Of a stretch of DNA of 64,000 bases, positions 27,765 to 41,719 are shown in pieces (position 1 is the stretch's first letter; every line of letters begins with the position of its first letter). The position numbers were made by a program, and so were the translations under genes. The stretch spans positions 1,430,373 to 1,494,372 of the forward strand of contig JAAOMT010000003.1 in NCBI GenBank assembly GCA_016748015.1, written 5' to 3'. The DNA comes from Geosiphon pyriformis uo1. Lineage: Eukaryota; Fungi; Glomeromycota. The notes under the pieces are model-generated. The model saw only the letters and a program-made list of their open reading frames with translations. It made no database searches and was not told the origin of the DNA.

Positions 27765-28204
27765 TTAATTTTTGATATCCTTAAAAGGACCTTTACCATT
27801 TCTTTGCAGAATGTAGGATCGCATTGGCTGAAACATTGGCCGATACTTGTTGGTTTGACTATCAATACCATCCTTTATAAATTCATCCCAGGTTATCCAA
27901 TCCCAAATTTCGCAATTATCTGGTTCCATCACCTGAAATAAAGAAAAGAAAATTTTAGAATCACCTTGCCTTAGCCTATAAAAAATGAAAGGTTGAAGAT
28001 AGCCAAGTTTGGACCAAAGAAATTTAAAAGGATGCTCACAATTGGTTACGCATTAATATCAGCCGATTCGGCGCACATGAAGATATCGACATAATGCCTA
28101 TTCAATTCGGGCATTGGGTCGTTTGTTGTAGTATGATATCTGATATTGTGAATGATATGCTTCCATATAGAACGGCTCAGAGGTTTTTCTTGATATTGTG
28201 ACAT
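27765..28204 (-). pseudogene. Truncated Nudix hydrolase (NUDT15/MTH2-like), lacking the Nudix box, with a premature stop
   Basis: MSQYQEKPLSRSIWKHIIHNIRYHTTTNDPMPELNRHYVDIFMCAESADINA*PI | intron gtgagc...tttcag | VMEPDNCEIWDWITWDEF...MFQPMRSY. Matches the C-terminal half of the NUDT15 family (HYVTI.M, EP.K...W.W..W). Confidence 0.72.
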
Positions 28205-28379
28205 GAGTATTTATTGTTGTAGTGTTTTGGCGCTTTTTAATGCTTTAAATATTTTCTTCTGTACAGAAAATCCGGATCCGTCTATGAAATCGTTTTTTGA
28301 AAGTATCATATAGGAACGTAAAAAGGTGAGCATAATTTATATGTTGTTACAATCCATTTTTTTATCGATACTCATTGTA

Positions 28380-30030
28380 TTCTCTATTGTCAACCTTGTC
28401 AAGCACAGTGAACGACGCAGCGTCATTACATAGTGTGGATCTGCTGCATGAACCACGAAAGCATGTGTTCAAGAAAGACATTTCCAAGACGGTCGGTGAC
28501 AGATTCATCGAAGAAGGTGGATAATCGTAGAGGATTGCAGTTGATTGCTGTGTTTTGATCTCAAAGGATTAACTTGGAGTATTACCATCGGATCAAGATG
28601 AGCTGCCATCTACAAGCCCTCTAACAGACAAAAATGACCATTATGAGCAATCCGGTGTATAATGTCATTATTGCGAGAGCACTGTACAAAGCCAGCTATT
28701 TCAAAGCTTGAGTAGGTTTATTGTTGCTAATTTTAAAATCCAACCGCATATTATGCTCATTGTGAATGATTTAACTTTTTGTGCAGTCTAGCCCACAGCT
28801 TCATCTTAGACGTTTCGCCATCAAGGATCGAGAGTGATTTTGATCTGGCTGAGCTCATCGCGGATCGTATGAGTCCAATACCATAAAGAAATTGAATCTA
28901 TCTGCAATAATTTGTTCGGCTCCCCCGGTGAGAAGGTAGTTATGCTGATGGAAGTTTGAGTCGATCTAAATTTACTAAATGCCTCTACGTGTTTGTGATT
29001 TGGGTAGAAGCGAACCGGCTAACTCCATCAAGCTCGTGCTAAATGGAAAGAGTTAAGAAATTTACAGCCGCCGGAATACCAAGACGATCTTTCCTAAACT
29101 GAGGAGAATTCAATGTTGAGCAGTTGTAAATCATTCCTATCTCTTGATGTGCATTAATTCGTTTGAATGTCCCATTTTTTAATCCGCTTCTTCCACTACT
29201 CTTCTAGCCTGGACGCCTTTGACGCTTAACATAACCCCATAGAGCAAAAGGACCGCAACGAGAGGAAATGGTTGGGCGATTACCTGGTTCCTATATTTCA
29301 AGGAGCTTTAAAATTGGACGGTTCCCTGGTATGTTGTCTATTGGTTTTCACTTTTCTCTTAATTTTTTGTGGTCCTCTCTAGTCTTTCCAGACGCAATAA
29401 AGAGAAAAATATACTGAAAGATCATGTGGAACGAGGTAATCAGGCAGATATGTAGGCTGGGTTGTGGTGGTCCGCATAAACATGATCTCACAAAACTAGC
29501 ATCACCTATCGAGAATGCTGAAAGATATGCTGGATGCCATGATAGAGAGATTCGTCGAATCTTTATACCATCGAGATTCAGGTGAGAAATTTAAAGTTTG
29601 CCTCTTTTAATAGCTGGCTGTGTGGTCGACAATGAATACTGAATTTTGGTTTAATTCAGCTATACATGACAGAAGTCCGAATATGCATGGTGGAAAAACG
29701 GGATGTTTATCGGCTTCACCTCCTGAAGTCGTTCGATCCCCCTTTGAGCCATTCATCGTATTGCAAACTACCGCCTTGCTCTTCGTAGGCATGGAAATAA
29801 GGGTAAGCTGCAATTTTGTATTTTTATTTTGACGGATCCCAAGACTGTCATCTATTGGTTACTACTTCATCACTTCAGTTCAGGGTATGTTGAGAAATCT
29901 GTGGCTGATGTTCGATGACAACACAGATCTTTCTCGTAGAATCCCTCATCAACATCCAAGAAATGACTTGATTACTATGGAATCACTCAGGAAGACGGTG
30001 AAAAAGAAAAAGTGACTGTTTGATATAAAG
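28380..30030 (+). pseudogene. Decayed gene of unknown function, possibly PD-(D/E)xK nuclease-like (Crinkler-type C-terminal) family
   Basis: Coding-like, higher-GC segment with many stops. Fragments ERKWLGDYLVPIFQGAL, an intron-like gtatgt...ctag, SRRNKEKNILKDHVERGNQADM, CGGPHKHDLTKL, RMLKDMLD. Confidence 0.4.
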
Positions 30031-30933
30031 AAATGAATGATGAACTGAATTTGATTCGTTTTGTATTCTTCCATCATAATGCATGATATGTTTAATCATT
30101 GTCTTTACCTTTTAATTATAATAATAAACAGCTTCAGACCTCTAAATTTACCATTTCCGCAGAGGAAGGGTATTTCGACATTGTACACAACTCTTGGTTG
30201 TAGTAGTTGAATATTGATTTGGCATTTTTCGGTTATTTTAAGGCGGTAAGAAAAGTTAATCGTGAAAAGTACTGGTCGAGATGGCTAAGCAGAGGGTATT
30301 TCCAGTTTGTCATGACCATAACACGATGTACAAAGCAATTGAGGCTTTTATTTTTTTATGCCTAGAAATAATAAAATAGGTATTAAATATTTAACTTAGG
30401 TCATATGTATAAAATAATTGCTGATTAAAAATACATATACATTGTCAAATAATTATTTATACAAAAAATATACAGGCAAAACTTTGTGAATTATGTAATT
30501 ATATTTATTACAATCTAATCTTTAATGCAAAATAAAATTTGATAATAATATTAATAATGCTTGTAACATTTTTTTTGTGATTTTATCATTGTGAACTAAT
30601 ACAAAACTTGAATTTGAACTTAAATGAATTTCACTTAAAATGTTAGCTATGATCAAATTACAAGTTGTAAATGGAAACATAATGTTGATTACTAAGCTCC
30701 CATACGATTAATCCACATTGAAAGTACAAAGTTTTAGAGAAAAAATATTACTACTATAGTTACTATTGATACGATAGTTATTACGTTAGAGTACTATCTA
30801 TCAGAAGCTTAATGAAAATTACTCCACTAATACTTATAGAGAAGATCCAAAAATTTTTCTTTGATATTATACGCCTTCAGATCAAATATAGTTTTCTTGT
30901 TAATGATTTAAAGACACGAAATTCAAATACTTT

Positions 30934-32314
30934 TTAATGCTTTTCCTTCTCCATCAAGGCATGTTTTTCCTCATCAGCGATATAAATGACTTGTTCGCCC
31001 TTAAGACAATTATCTTCTTCATCAGCAAGGGCCACTTGTTGATAAGTACCGCGACGACGACGAGCAGCAACAATCAGAGCATGAGTGGCGGTTGGGATGG
31101 CAATGAAGACGAGACCAAAAATGGAAGTAAGGAAGATTGAAGCGATAATAACACGTGTGAATCGTGATGAACATCTCCACCAGTGACGAAGACGACCGGC
31201 AACAAGGCCAAGAGCACATGGACGATGACGATCTGGTTTAAAATGAGTGATAGAAATAAAATTAGATTAATTCGGGTTCGTCATTTAAATAGTGATAATT
31301 AAAATTAATAAAGACCATCATAAATACATACCACTATACATGACTGGTGCTTCTTGTTCATCACCATTAGTAGATTCCAATTTAGGAATGAAATCTAAAT
31401 TCTCAGCATCATCATCAAGAACATTGAGAGTCTTGACTTCAAGAATCTTTTCAACGGCATCAGATTGTATAATATCAACACCATCAATTTCCACAATACG
31501 GGTTTTGATGGTAATACGACGAAGAGACACGTTTGAATCTTCAGTGGGCAATGATTCAGCGGATGAAGTTACTTCAACGGTAACAAGCCCAATATCAAAG
31601 GAATCTTCCAAATCTTCAATTTTAGTGTTATTGGCGGCAGCAGCGGTTGAGTTGGTAGAAATAATTTTGGCTTCAACGACTGTGATACTAGTAACACCTA
31701 ATTCAACTGGAACGTTGTTTACTAGAAGCTAAGAAATTGTATTCAAAGGGATTGATGTCATTTGAATGCCGCAAAGGGATAATTATTTAAATGATTTTGA
31801 TTGTATATATATATCTCAGATTGGTGAAAATACCTGGTCATCGTTTAATTCAAACTCAATAATGACCGACTCTAGTCTCTCCGCCAATAAGTCGCCATTG
31901 TCGTTGACAAGGTCATCAATACGATTAACTTCAACAGCAAAAGATTCTTTTTTGGCAGACGTCAGAGTCTCTGTAATATCAATTATAGTTTCGGCAATAT
32001 CCTCTATAGGTGTTGCCTGTGAAAAAACTATCAAACATAGACGAGAATGTGAACGATTAGAATGTGAAAGTTTTTGTCCAATAAAATTTAAGAGCTGCGC
32101 CTTCGCTAGGCCTCTTTCCTTCCTTTTCTTTATTATTTTTGTTTTATTTTTTATTGACTTTCAACTTTTGTTAACTCTTTATTGATTTTTTCGCATCCCT
32201 TCAGTTTGGATAAACTTCTCAAGACACTCGAAAATAAGGTTTTCTCCACCAATAAGACTTACCAGACAAACATGCCAAAAAGAGCAGAAGAGCATAGACC
32301 GAGAGCTTTGTCAT
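30934..32314 (-). CDS. Uncharacterised type-I membrane protein (signal peptide, acidic beta-rich ectodomain, TM, cytosolic tail); 4 exons
   Basis: Spliced product MTKLSVYALLLFLACLS|VFSQA-TPIED...NDDQ|LLVNNVPVELG...PVMYS|DRHRPCALGLVAGRLRHWWRCSSRFTRVIIASIFLTSIFGLVFIAIPTATHALIVAARRRGTYQQVALADEED...MEKEKH*. All introns GT-AG with matching phases. Confidence 0.82.
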
Positions 32315-33299
32315 TATTGACGGTGTTTGGGTTATTTTTTTCTAGAATAAAAAGTTGAAAAATAAAACAGTGTTGGTTTCTGGGTTTTTAATGGAAAGTG
32401 AAATGTGAGGATAATAAGAGAAAAGTGTAATAGATAAGGAGCGTTTTTAAAAAAAAAGAAGTTGAAAGAATGGATAAGTTGAGGCTGAAACCAATAAATA
32501 AGTGACCAACACGGAGTAACAGGTTATCTAATTATTATTGGTATAAATAATAGGGCGCTATGGTAAAGGTAGAATTGTATCGGCAGAACCTGAAATTGTG
32601 CAACTATGATAAAAAGATTACGAATGATGCTGAATAATTGTGGTTAAAGAATAGCCTTGGGCTTAACATAATGATAAAAAAAATAGGGATTTTTTTCCTC
32701 TAGCAACCCTCATTCTTATATGTGGCTACAAAAAATCACTTACCTCTTGAACAGAGAAATTGGGTAGCTGGTTAACTGATTTTGTTTTGAGAGAAACACT
32801 AAATAAAGAAATCATATTGAGAGTTAAACCTAAAATAAATATGTGTACAACATGGCAACGAGGTTCTAACGTTTTTCATCCGTTATAGTACACCCGATGA
32901 GATTGTATGTTTTTTTCAGATTAAAGGAACAAGATACATACGTCACCTGATAGATAAAAAAGCACCTTTTATTGAGGATACGAGAAAAGGGAAAGTGTGG
33001 TTGCAGATTTTAGGTCTACTGATGGATGATTATTTATAACTTTGGCTAAGAGTGATACTAGTTAATTAAAAGGAAAAATTTTGGGACAGTCTACTCATCG
33101 ATCATCGGAAAAGTTATCAATTCAAAGCATTATTTGGATGCTTAGGACGCATAACCAATCAGAATTTAAGAGAAATAAATAACCATTTTTTAAAGAAAAT
33201 ATAATCAAAATAATTATATTGATATAAATCAAGATACCAAGAAATAATTTATAAGATTTATTAAAAAATAATAATAAGATTTTAATATTAATAAATAGA

Positions 33300-33301
<2 letters not shown>

Positions 33302-33358
<57 letters not shown>
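33302..33358. repeat. (AAT)n microsatellite
   Basis: Uninterrupted aat run of roughly 19 units. Confidence 0.95.
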
Positions 33359-34949
33359 TTTTAAAGTATATAATTTTTGTTTTAATATATTTATAATAAA
33401 TTTTAGAATAATAAATATATTAAAATAAATTATTTTTTAATATATTTAAATTGTTTTTAAGTTTTTATCTAAATCAAAATATTTATTTAACACTGAAAAA
33501 TTAAATTAAACATGATTTAAATAAATTTTGAAAGTTTTCAAATCAAAATAGTAATATATAATATTATTTTTTTAACAAATTACTTTAAATTTTTTTGCTT
33601 TTATTAACATATTGTTTAAAGTTTCATTCAGATATATATATATTTAAAGTGAGACTAGAATAATTTCTTTTATTTGAAATTTGAAATTTAAATTAAAGTT
33701 CCTAAAGATGCTAAATTCATTGATTTCACTAATAAATTTTTTTTATTTCAAAAATTTATGCTTGCCTGAGTAAAAGGGTTCTCATGTATTAACCTTTTTA
33801 TTCCATAAAATTATCAATTATTTAGAAAAAAAAACCATTTTCTTTTACATAGGACTTCACGCTACTTTTGCTAGTCGTTAAAATAATTTCAAATTTCAAA
33901 TTCAAATTTTATTAAGCTATTGTAAAAAGATATCACGTCTAAAGAACGAAGAATTGTAAAAATAATCCAAAACAGTTTGAATTTTGCAAATAAAAAAATG
34001 CAAGTAAAAAAACCCATAACTTATTTATTAAAAAGCAATTAATTGAATATTGTTGAAATCATAATAACCTTTCTAATTTTAAATTCAAATCTCATTTCTT
34101 AATAAAAAGGGGATATTTTCTAACACGGGAGAAAGTTCACCGGGATCAAATAATCTACCTTTTTTGCGTTCTTTCAATCCTGATTGCTTTATTAAACATT
34201 TTTAATTTTTTTTAAAAAAAACATTCCAGCTATAGTCTCTTCACAATGCAAGAGAGTTTTATCTATTCGTCTAAGATTCTGAAGAATGAGTAATGCTATG
34301 AACAGAATTACAATCAAAAAATTTCTCGAAATCTCTTTGGGAAATGAAAAATTTTATACATACTTATAAACTTGAACTTTCAATTAAAATAAGTATAAAA
34401 TATAAAATATAAAATAAAGGAATAGGTGGTAAATTAATCTGAGAGTTAATTTTATAAATGTAAAAAAAGAACTAAAGTCTATTAAACTCCGAATTTATTA
34501 ACCGAGAATATTCTTGCAGCAAGACTTTTTAACAATTCAGGATAATAAATCAACTTTTAAAGAATCACAATAATTGAAATAAAAAATAAAGAATTCATTA
34601 AGATAAATGTATAAAACGACATTTAAATTAAACTTTTATTTGAACTTGTTTCATTTAAAAATAGCATGAAAGCTGACACTTTAGAAATAAAAATATTTTT
34701 TCTTTATATTTAAAATCAGTTGATTTTCTTTCTTTGGATTTTCAAACTTTTATTTAACCAAACATATTAACTCCAAATTTTTATGGTATGAAAGGTTGGA
34801 TGAAATTTCTTTTAAAAATGTTTTCAAACTTGGGACCGTAGAAAACAAAATATCATACAGTAAAGGGGTTGTGTGTTTGAAGTTACACATGTAGATTAAT
34901 ACTCAACAATTTATTGCATATTTATTGTTAAGTCTTCTTTCCCATAAAA

Positions 34950-37150
34950 ATGTTTGTAGTTAATAACCTCTTTGGCTAATTAGAAACCACTGTTCAGCAA
35001 CTGAAAACTCAATTTCCCCCTTTACACTTGCTTGAAAAGTCTATCCAAGAAAAAAATCTTGATCATTTTAAAGATGAGAAATTTCATAGCATCAAGAGTA
35101 TTGCAGAGAGTGGCTTTAGTGCCAAGCTGACAAGAAAGGGTAGCGATTTGCAATTGTATTGAAACGGTTAAAAAAACCCGTGAAAAGTGATATATCTGAG
35201 TTGAGAGAATTTATTAAGTATAAACTCACATTTATAATATCATTTTCAAAATATATATTTATCATAGAAAATGATTCTAAAATAACTTTTATTTTATAAA
35301 GCTGAAATTTTTGAGAAGCTTAAGCCGTTATGAAAAATATCTTGAAGTTTTATGGTGTCACGAAAAGTAATTATTAAGTCATTAAATAAAAACATATTCT
35401 TAAATTTCAATTTAATATTGAAGAAAGTGGTTCAAAATCGCTATAGATGGTCGAAATCAATATATATTCGTTCTGGAATATACAAATAGAGGAAACCTAC
35501 GTCAATACCTTAACTCAAGCTTTTCTGAAATGATTGTTGCAGAAAAATTACGGCTTCCAAGAAAGCTATCTACAGATGTAAGCCTACCTACATGAAGGAA
35601 ATATTATCTATAGAGATTTAGTAAGTGAAAGATATAGTCAAAAAGTAGAAGAAAGATTTTATTCAAGTTAAAATTTACAAAATCCTTTTACTTTTTCATT
35701 CGAATGTCCTAATTCACAATGATTCTATAAAAATTGCGGATCTTGGTAGAACTTAGTGGGAAAGTCTCGGAATTTTATGGGCAACCTGCATATATTGAAC
35801 CACAATGTTTTACGGATCTTGAATATATCCGAGATGAGAAATCTGATATATATGCACTGGGAGTGCTTTTATGGGAGCTATCGAGTAGACATCCTACATC
35901 CCTGAGCGTAGGGCTTACATTAAATAGAACTCGAGAAAGAAAAATTCAAAACATCCCTGTTAAATATGTTCAAATTTATACTGAATTTAGGGATAAATTA
36001 CCACAAAGTCGCCCATCCATAATTGAAATAGTTAATCATTTTAAAAAAATTGAATGGGAATTCGGCTCTTCTTTTCAAACAAATATTGAATTCGAGGAAA
36101 AATTCAGTGTTTCGAACTTTTGCACACCAAACCTGATCATATAAACTCTTTCAGCTTCAATGATGAGATTTATAATAATAAATTTGATATAATTAAAGAA
36201 TCATTCATCGTCATTAAAGAAAGTTTGCCGCTTGATGGTCATTCAAAAGTTGCCTGCATTGTGAAAAAGTATCTTATGCGCAATCAGAAAAAACTAAAGA
36301 TTTATTCAATTCCTTGAATAATAAAAGTTCAAAGCATTCGATAGACTATATTTTGCTCAGCTTTTCTTTATGAACATGGGAATCGGAACTATTCCTAGTT
36401 TAACAAAAAGCATTTTTAGAATATCAGAAAGCAGCGAACACAGAAGATTCTTTTGAACAATTCTTCTTAGGACGTTGTTATGATAATAGAATTGGTACTT
36501 CACAAGATCAACAAAAGCATTTGAACTCTATTCAAAAGCAGCAGAGGCGGGAAATACAAACGCACAATTCAATCTTGGAGGGTGCTATCAAGATGACGAA
36601 AAAGTATTTGAACTCTTCAAAAGCTGCAGAGGGGAGTAATACAAATGCACAATTAAATCTTGAATGGTATTATAAAATTGGATTAGGAACGACAAAGAAT
36701 TCAGAAAAAGCATTTGAACTCTATTCAAAAGCAACAAAGGCAGATAATACAAATAAACAATATAAACTTGTACTTTTTTATGCTAATAAGTGGGGAGCGA
36801 TGAAAAATGAGGGAAAATTTTTTGAACTCTATTCAAGAAATAGAACCCACAATTGATGAATGGGGAACGAAGAAAAATCCAGAAAAAGCATTTGAATTTT
36901 ATTCAAAAGCAATAGAGACGGGTAATACAAATGCATAATATATAAACTTGTACTTTGTTATGCTAATGGATGGGGAGGGATGAAAAATCTTTTGAACTCT
37001 ATTCGGAGATGTTATGAAAATGGATGAGGAATACAAAAAACCCAAGAAAAAGCATTTGAGCTGTATTCAAAAGTAGCGGATGCCGTAGACGAAATTGGCC
37101 AGTATTATTTGGAAAGATATCAAGAAATTACAGGAACAAAAACAGATTTT
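34950..37150 (+). pseudogene. TKL protein kinase + Sel1-like repeat gene, disrupted
   Basis: Kinase fragments IAESGF, LKRLK, LKFYGVTK, FVLEYTNRGNLRQYL, LHEGNIIYRDL, KIADLG, GQPAYIEPQ, KSDIYALGVLLWELSS, RPSI. Sel1 units [22 protein letters not shown] follow. Many frameshifts and stops, and no AG acceptor near 35698. Confidence 0.85.
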
Positions 37151-37686
37151 ATTTTTTTAAAATCCCTCCCTCCGTTTTCATTTTATTTTACGATGACGTA
37201 ATTTAAATTATATATTAGTATGTAAAATATAATTTTGATCATTTAATTTTTTTAGAAAATAGGCCAATTTGTTATACAAAGCATTTTTAATTAAATATTT
37301 CATCAATTAGCTTTTTAATATATTATAGAATTCAAATATGTTTAAAAAAGAAAATCAGTTTATTATATATCTTTTTAAAGATTTTTCATGCATTTAAAAT
37401 GTTAAAAATTTTTCATTAAAAAAAAAAAAGATTTACCATTTGAATCATTTTAAGGCTAAAAGTCAAATTAATAGCATCAAATTATTTTCTTCATATATAG
37501 ATAGTTGAAAGCCTCAAGAAATACTTTGTTATAAGAGCTGATAAAACAAAATTTTTATTATATTGAGGGTATTTTTTACTGAAAATTTTAATATTCTTAT
37601 TAATAATATCTTTAAAATAATCAATAAAATGGGAAAAATACATGTCATATTAACTATATCCTTTAATAAAAAGCTAACATTCGACA

Positions 37687-39471
37687 TCAATTAACTTGAG
37701 AAACTCGTGTTTTATGTTCAAGTTTTTGTGCCCGAACTAAATCAGTGGTATCTAAGAAATAGTAACTCAGAAATTCCTCGAGACGTTGGATTCTATCGTT
37801 TTGAGACACTTTCTTTTCCGAATCATTATTGTGATGGCCATAATTTACTAATGGAATGTCTTCGGACTCTTTGACAATTTCGTCAAGTTCGGACTTGAAA
37901 AATTTTTGCATAACGCCCCTAAATTAGAGAGCAAAATGAATATTGTGATTAAAAAATAAAAGAGAATTTTTAAAATATATACCAGGGTTTTATTTTACTG
38001 CCTCCAAACAATAAAATGTACAGGGCGGTAGCAAAGCCTAGAAATTTGAAAATTTCAAGTTAATTATTAAAAATAATTTGTCTTGTGATTTGTGAAATTT
38101 GTCAAAAATTAGCCGATTTAAAAAGTCATTACTAAATGCTCCTCCCGCAAGACCATAGGCACTCAAAAGTGTCCGAACGCTTGAATAAGATTAAGATTTG
38201 ATATTCAGTAAGAGAAGATAAACCATATACTAACAATGAAATTTAATCGTAGATGATTTAATGAAAATTCATTAATTACCGTCTCTCTTTTTCTACATGA
38301 TGCAAATAATTGCCAACGCTAACCGAAAAATATGTATCGTCGTATGTAAACTGAGGACTGGAATGTAATGGAATAATGTGACCTTTGGCCGAAAAAAAAC
38401 TGGTGTCATCATATTTGGGATCAAATCCACATAGTCCAGCGATATCTCCTTTTCGTATAGATTTAAAGGTTGATTGTTGAAACTTAATAATAGTTGAATG
38501 ATTTCGTACTATAGAAAAATTGTTATCTTGAAGTTTCAAGCTTTTTAATTGAACCAAATCCTATATATATGTATATATATATATATATATTAAATAAGAT
38601 ATTATTATTATTATTATTATTATTATTGAAATGTAGGCAAACAAAATTTATCAACTTTACCGCTTCATTTCTTATAGGTGTGCGATTCCAAAGAAAGTTG
38701 AAATCAGGATTGATTAATTGAACAGCTTCAATCAACGGATAAATAAGAAGTTAGTTCGAAAAAATTTCATTTGCAAACTTTCAATTAATCCCCCTCTCCA
38801 TATTTATTTGGCTTACCAGCATTGGCGAGGTTATATGACAAAGTCTCAGCTTTGCTTATATCTAAAAACTTTAAAAATATACCAATCTTACGGAAATCAT
38901 TAGGATAAGTTTCAGATTGAGAGAAATAAAGCTTAGATTCGGTGGAGAATTGATAACAATAGTTATTAGGTTGATTATAAGGTGTTTTTACGATATAATT
39001 GATACCAGTATTACTGGTACAATTTATATGTTCGACTTTAGAATAATTTTGAAAAGTGAAAACACAGCGTTTTATGTAAAGATCACTTCCCCAGCCACAT
39101 ATTTCAATGTCTGCGTTGATTCAATAAGAAAGAAAAGCACTATTTTTGAGCCAGAGGTATAATGAGAAAAAAAATTTCAAAAAAAAACTCTTATTACCCG
39201 GTACTTTTATTCTATCAAGATAATTTTGCTCTATTTCAATAACTGGCCGGTCATTATGGATAGCGTATGCCAAGTAAGCAAAGTATACAAACAAAATGAG
39301 GGCGATCAAGGTTATAAAAATTGTTCTCAAAATAGTAAATTGTTTCGGTTCCTTTTGTTCCAGAAAAATAAAAATATCAATTTTAGAATTTTGGTATCTT
39401 ATGTTTAAAAAGGAAGTTTTTTTTTTTTTTTTTTTTACCTTTGGATGTCTCAAGTCAGAGAAAATATTCAT
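37687..39471 (-). CDS. Uncharacterised two-TM membrane protein (N-terminal TM, large external loop, C-terminal TM); about 7 exons
   Basis: MNIFSDLRHPK|EPKQFTILRTIFITLIALILFVYFAYLAYAIHNDRPVI...; late exons VEKERR|VRTLLSAYGLAGGAF|SFATALYILLFGGSKIKPW|GVMQKF...RIQRLEEFLSYYFLD. Internal exon boundaries only approximate. Confidence 0.75.
38562..38627. repeat. Intronic (TA)n and (ATT)n microsatellites
   Basis: tatatatatgtatatatatatatatatat followed by an attatt run; explains the poly-N/IY ORF 38523-38735. Confidence 0.85.
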
Positions 39472-41719
39472 TTTTTGACCTCTAGAATGTAGTATTGGTA
39501 TTTTTCTAACAGCAATAACTTGATTTTTATTTTCAATGAAATGCTTTTTATATTTTGGAAACCAAAAAATTTATCAAGCTTAGAGTTATATATTTAAGGT
39601 TCAAAAATGATAAATAACTGTTTAATTAAACAATTTAATAATTAAATTATTTATCTTCTGTCTTTAGTATGTTGAAATATATTCAATTTAAAGGCAAAAG
39701 AAATTTTAGAAATTAGGATGATGAAAATATTTGAAAATTGTATGCATAACGTGGGAGGCAAAAAGCGTTTTCAATGAAAAACACGATTTTGAAAGCTTGA
39801 GAAAAACCATAAATATTTATTTTTTTTATTTAATGTCTAGATAGTTTTAACATATATTAAATTTTTATTTAATCTTTTATGCAACTTAAAAATCAAAATT
39901 AAAAATTAAAAATTTAGTTTTAAATCAAATAATAAAAAATATTCTTTTTTTAAATATAAATAAATGCTTATTTAATTATATGTTGTTATTGATCAGATTG
40001 AGTTTTTTAAATAAATTTTTTTTTAAAAAGGTTTGTAAATATTTAACAATAATTTGAAACTTACATTATTGTTATATTAATTAATTAAGTAATTAATTAA
40101 TTTTTTAAATTTAAATTTCAAATTTGTCATTTACAATAATTATTTTAACTATTTTATTTTTGAAAATTGTTTATTTAATTTAAATTATTAATTTAGCTAT
40201 TGATATAATTGTTAACCTTATTATTAACTTGATCATTTTAAATATACAAATAAATTTTTTCAACATTATAAAAATTATTAATTACATATTAAACATTTTT
40301 TTTAATATTTTAAATTAAAGTTAAATTAAGTTTTCCTTTTCAATCTTTATAATCAAACAATTAAATTATTTAAAATTTTATTTTAATTTATCATTATTAT
40401 TATTATTATTATTCTAATTAATCATACTTTTTTAGTTAATCATTATTTTAATTAATCATCTTTAATCACTTTTAATCACATAATTAATATATATAAAAAA
40501 ATAAGTTAAAAATAATTTAAATATAAAAAATTTAAAATTTAACATTTTTTATATGATAATAATTATGAAAACATATCTAAAGTATATCTCTAATATTTAA
40601 GCACTAGCCCCTATAAAATAAATTGTAGTTTAGTTCTCTAAAGAAATAAAAGTTAAAAAAACAACTAATCTTCCAAAATAACATTAATAAAGAAACAGTA
40701 AATAACTTTCACTTCAAGGAATTAAATTAAACCATTCTTTAGCTCATTTTAAATAAATAATTTCAAAGAACCGATTCTTTATTTGAATTCTTTCATCTGT
40801 TTAAACTATAAAATAGTTTGATATTAATAAAACAATAAATATTATTATTGAAATAAATTTAAAATGCTTGTTAATTTCTTCAACTCTAATAAAGATTAAA
40901 TAATTTGAGCTATCGGAGGATATTCAGGATTCGAAAAAAAAGGCGTTTAAATCAAAAAAACTTTCTTGGATATTAAATAATAATAATAATAAATAAAAGG
41001 CTTAAAGCTCGCGATTAATTGACTTCTATATTTTTTCATATCTTGTTTAGAATCTTGTGTCTCTTTGGAATTAAGTCTTTTTTCACGAATGAGTTCATTT
41101 AAGTTACAGTTATCGCGAGCAGTAATAACTCTTTTTTGAAGTTCTTTTGCAGTATCATGGAAATAGGGATCCTGATGTCAATTTTTTGGAATAATTTCCT
41201 AAATACATTGAAGTGTATGTTTTTCATTAATTTTAGGCCACTTTCCTTTAAGCACTTGAAATTACACGGGAATATTCTCTTTAATACTATTCTAAAGTCT
41301 TTCTCCTGAAATAATTGTAAAACTTTGTTTATTCCGTAGCATTCAAGCGATAAACTATTTAAATGCGTTTTCAATATTAGAAAAAGAAATTAAAAATAAT
41401 AAAGTCACATAGATTTCTTAAAAGGAAATATATTTTATATTTTGGCTATCTTTAAGATATATCAAAACAATTTTTATAGCACCACTATGTATTGATCATT
41501 GTTATTATTTTCCACTATTCTATGTTTCCAACTTTTTGAAAATCGTTAATATTAACAAAATTTACACCATATGGAATCTTTTAATGCTTTATATCATTTT
41601 AGAAATTTCAGCAACTCAGCTTTTAAACCTCGATTTCGAAATTTTAACATGAAACGTTTAATACTCTAAAGTAATTTTATGGACTTTTAAATCAAGAAGA
41701 TTGCTTTTATAAATGAAGT

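Noticed and set aside
31292-32185. Ser-rich + strand ORFs (146 and 139 aa)
   Set aside because: Antisense shadows of the spliced membrane-protein gene.
41000-41400. 91-aa ORF as a gene
   Set aside because: Non-ATG start, no recognisable motif or coherent exon structure; at most a fragment.
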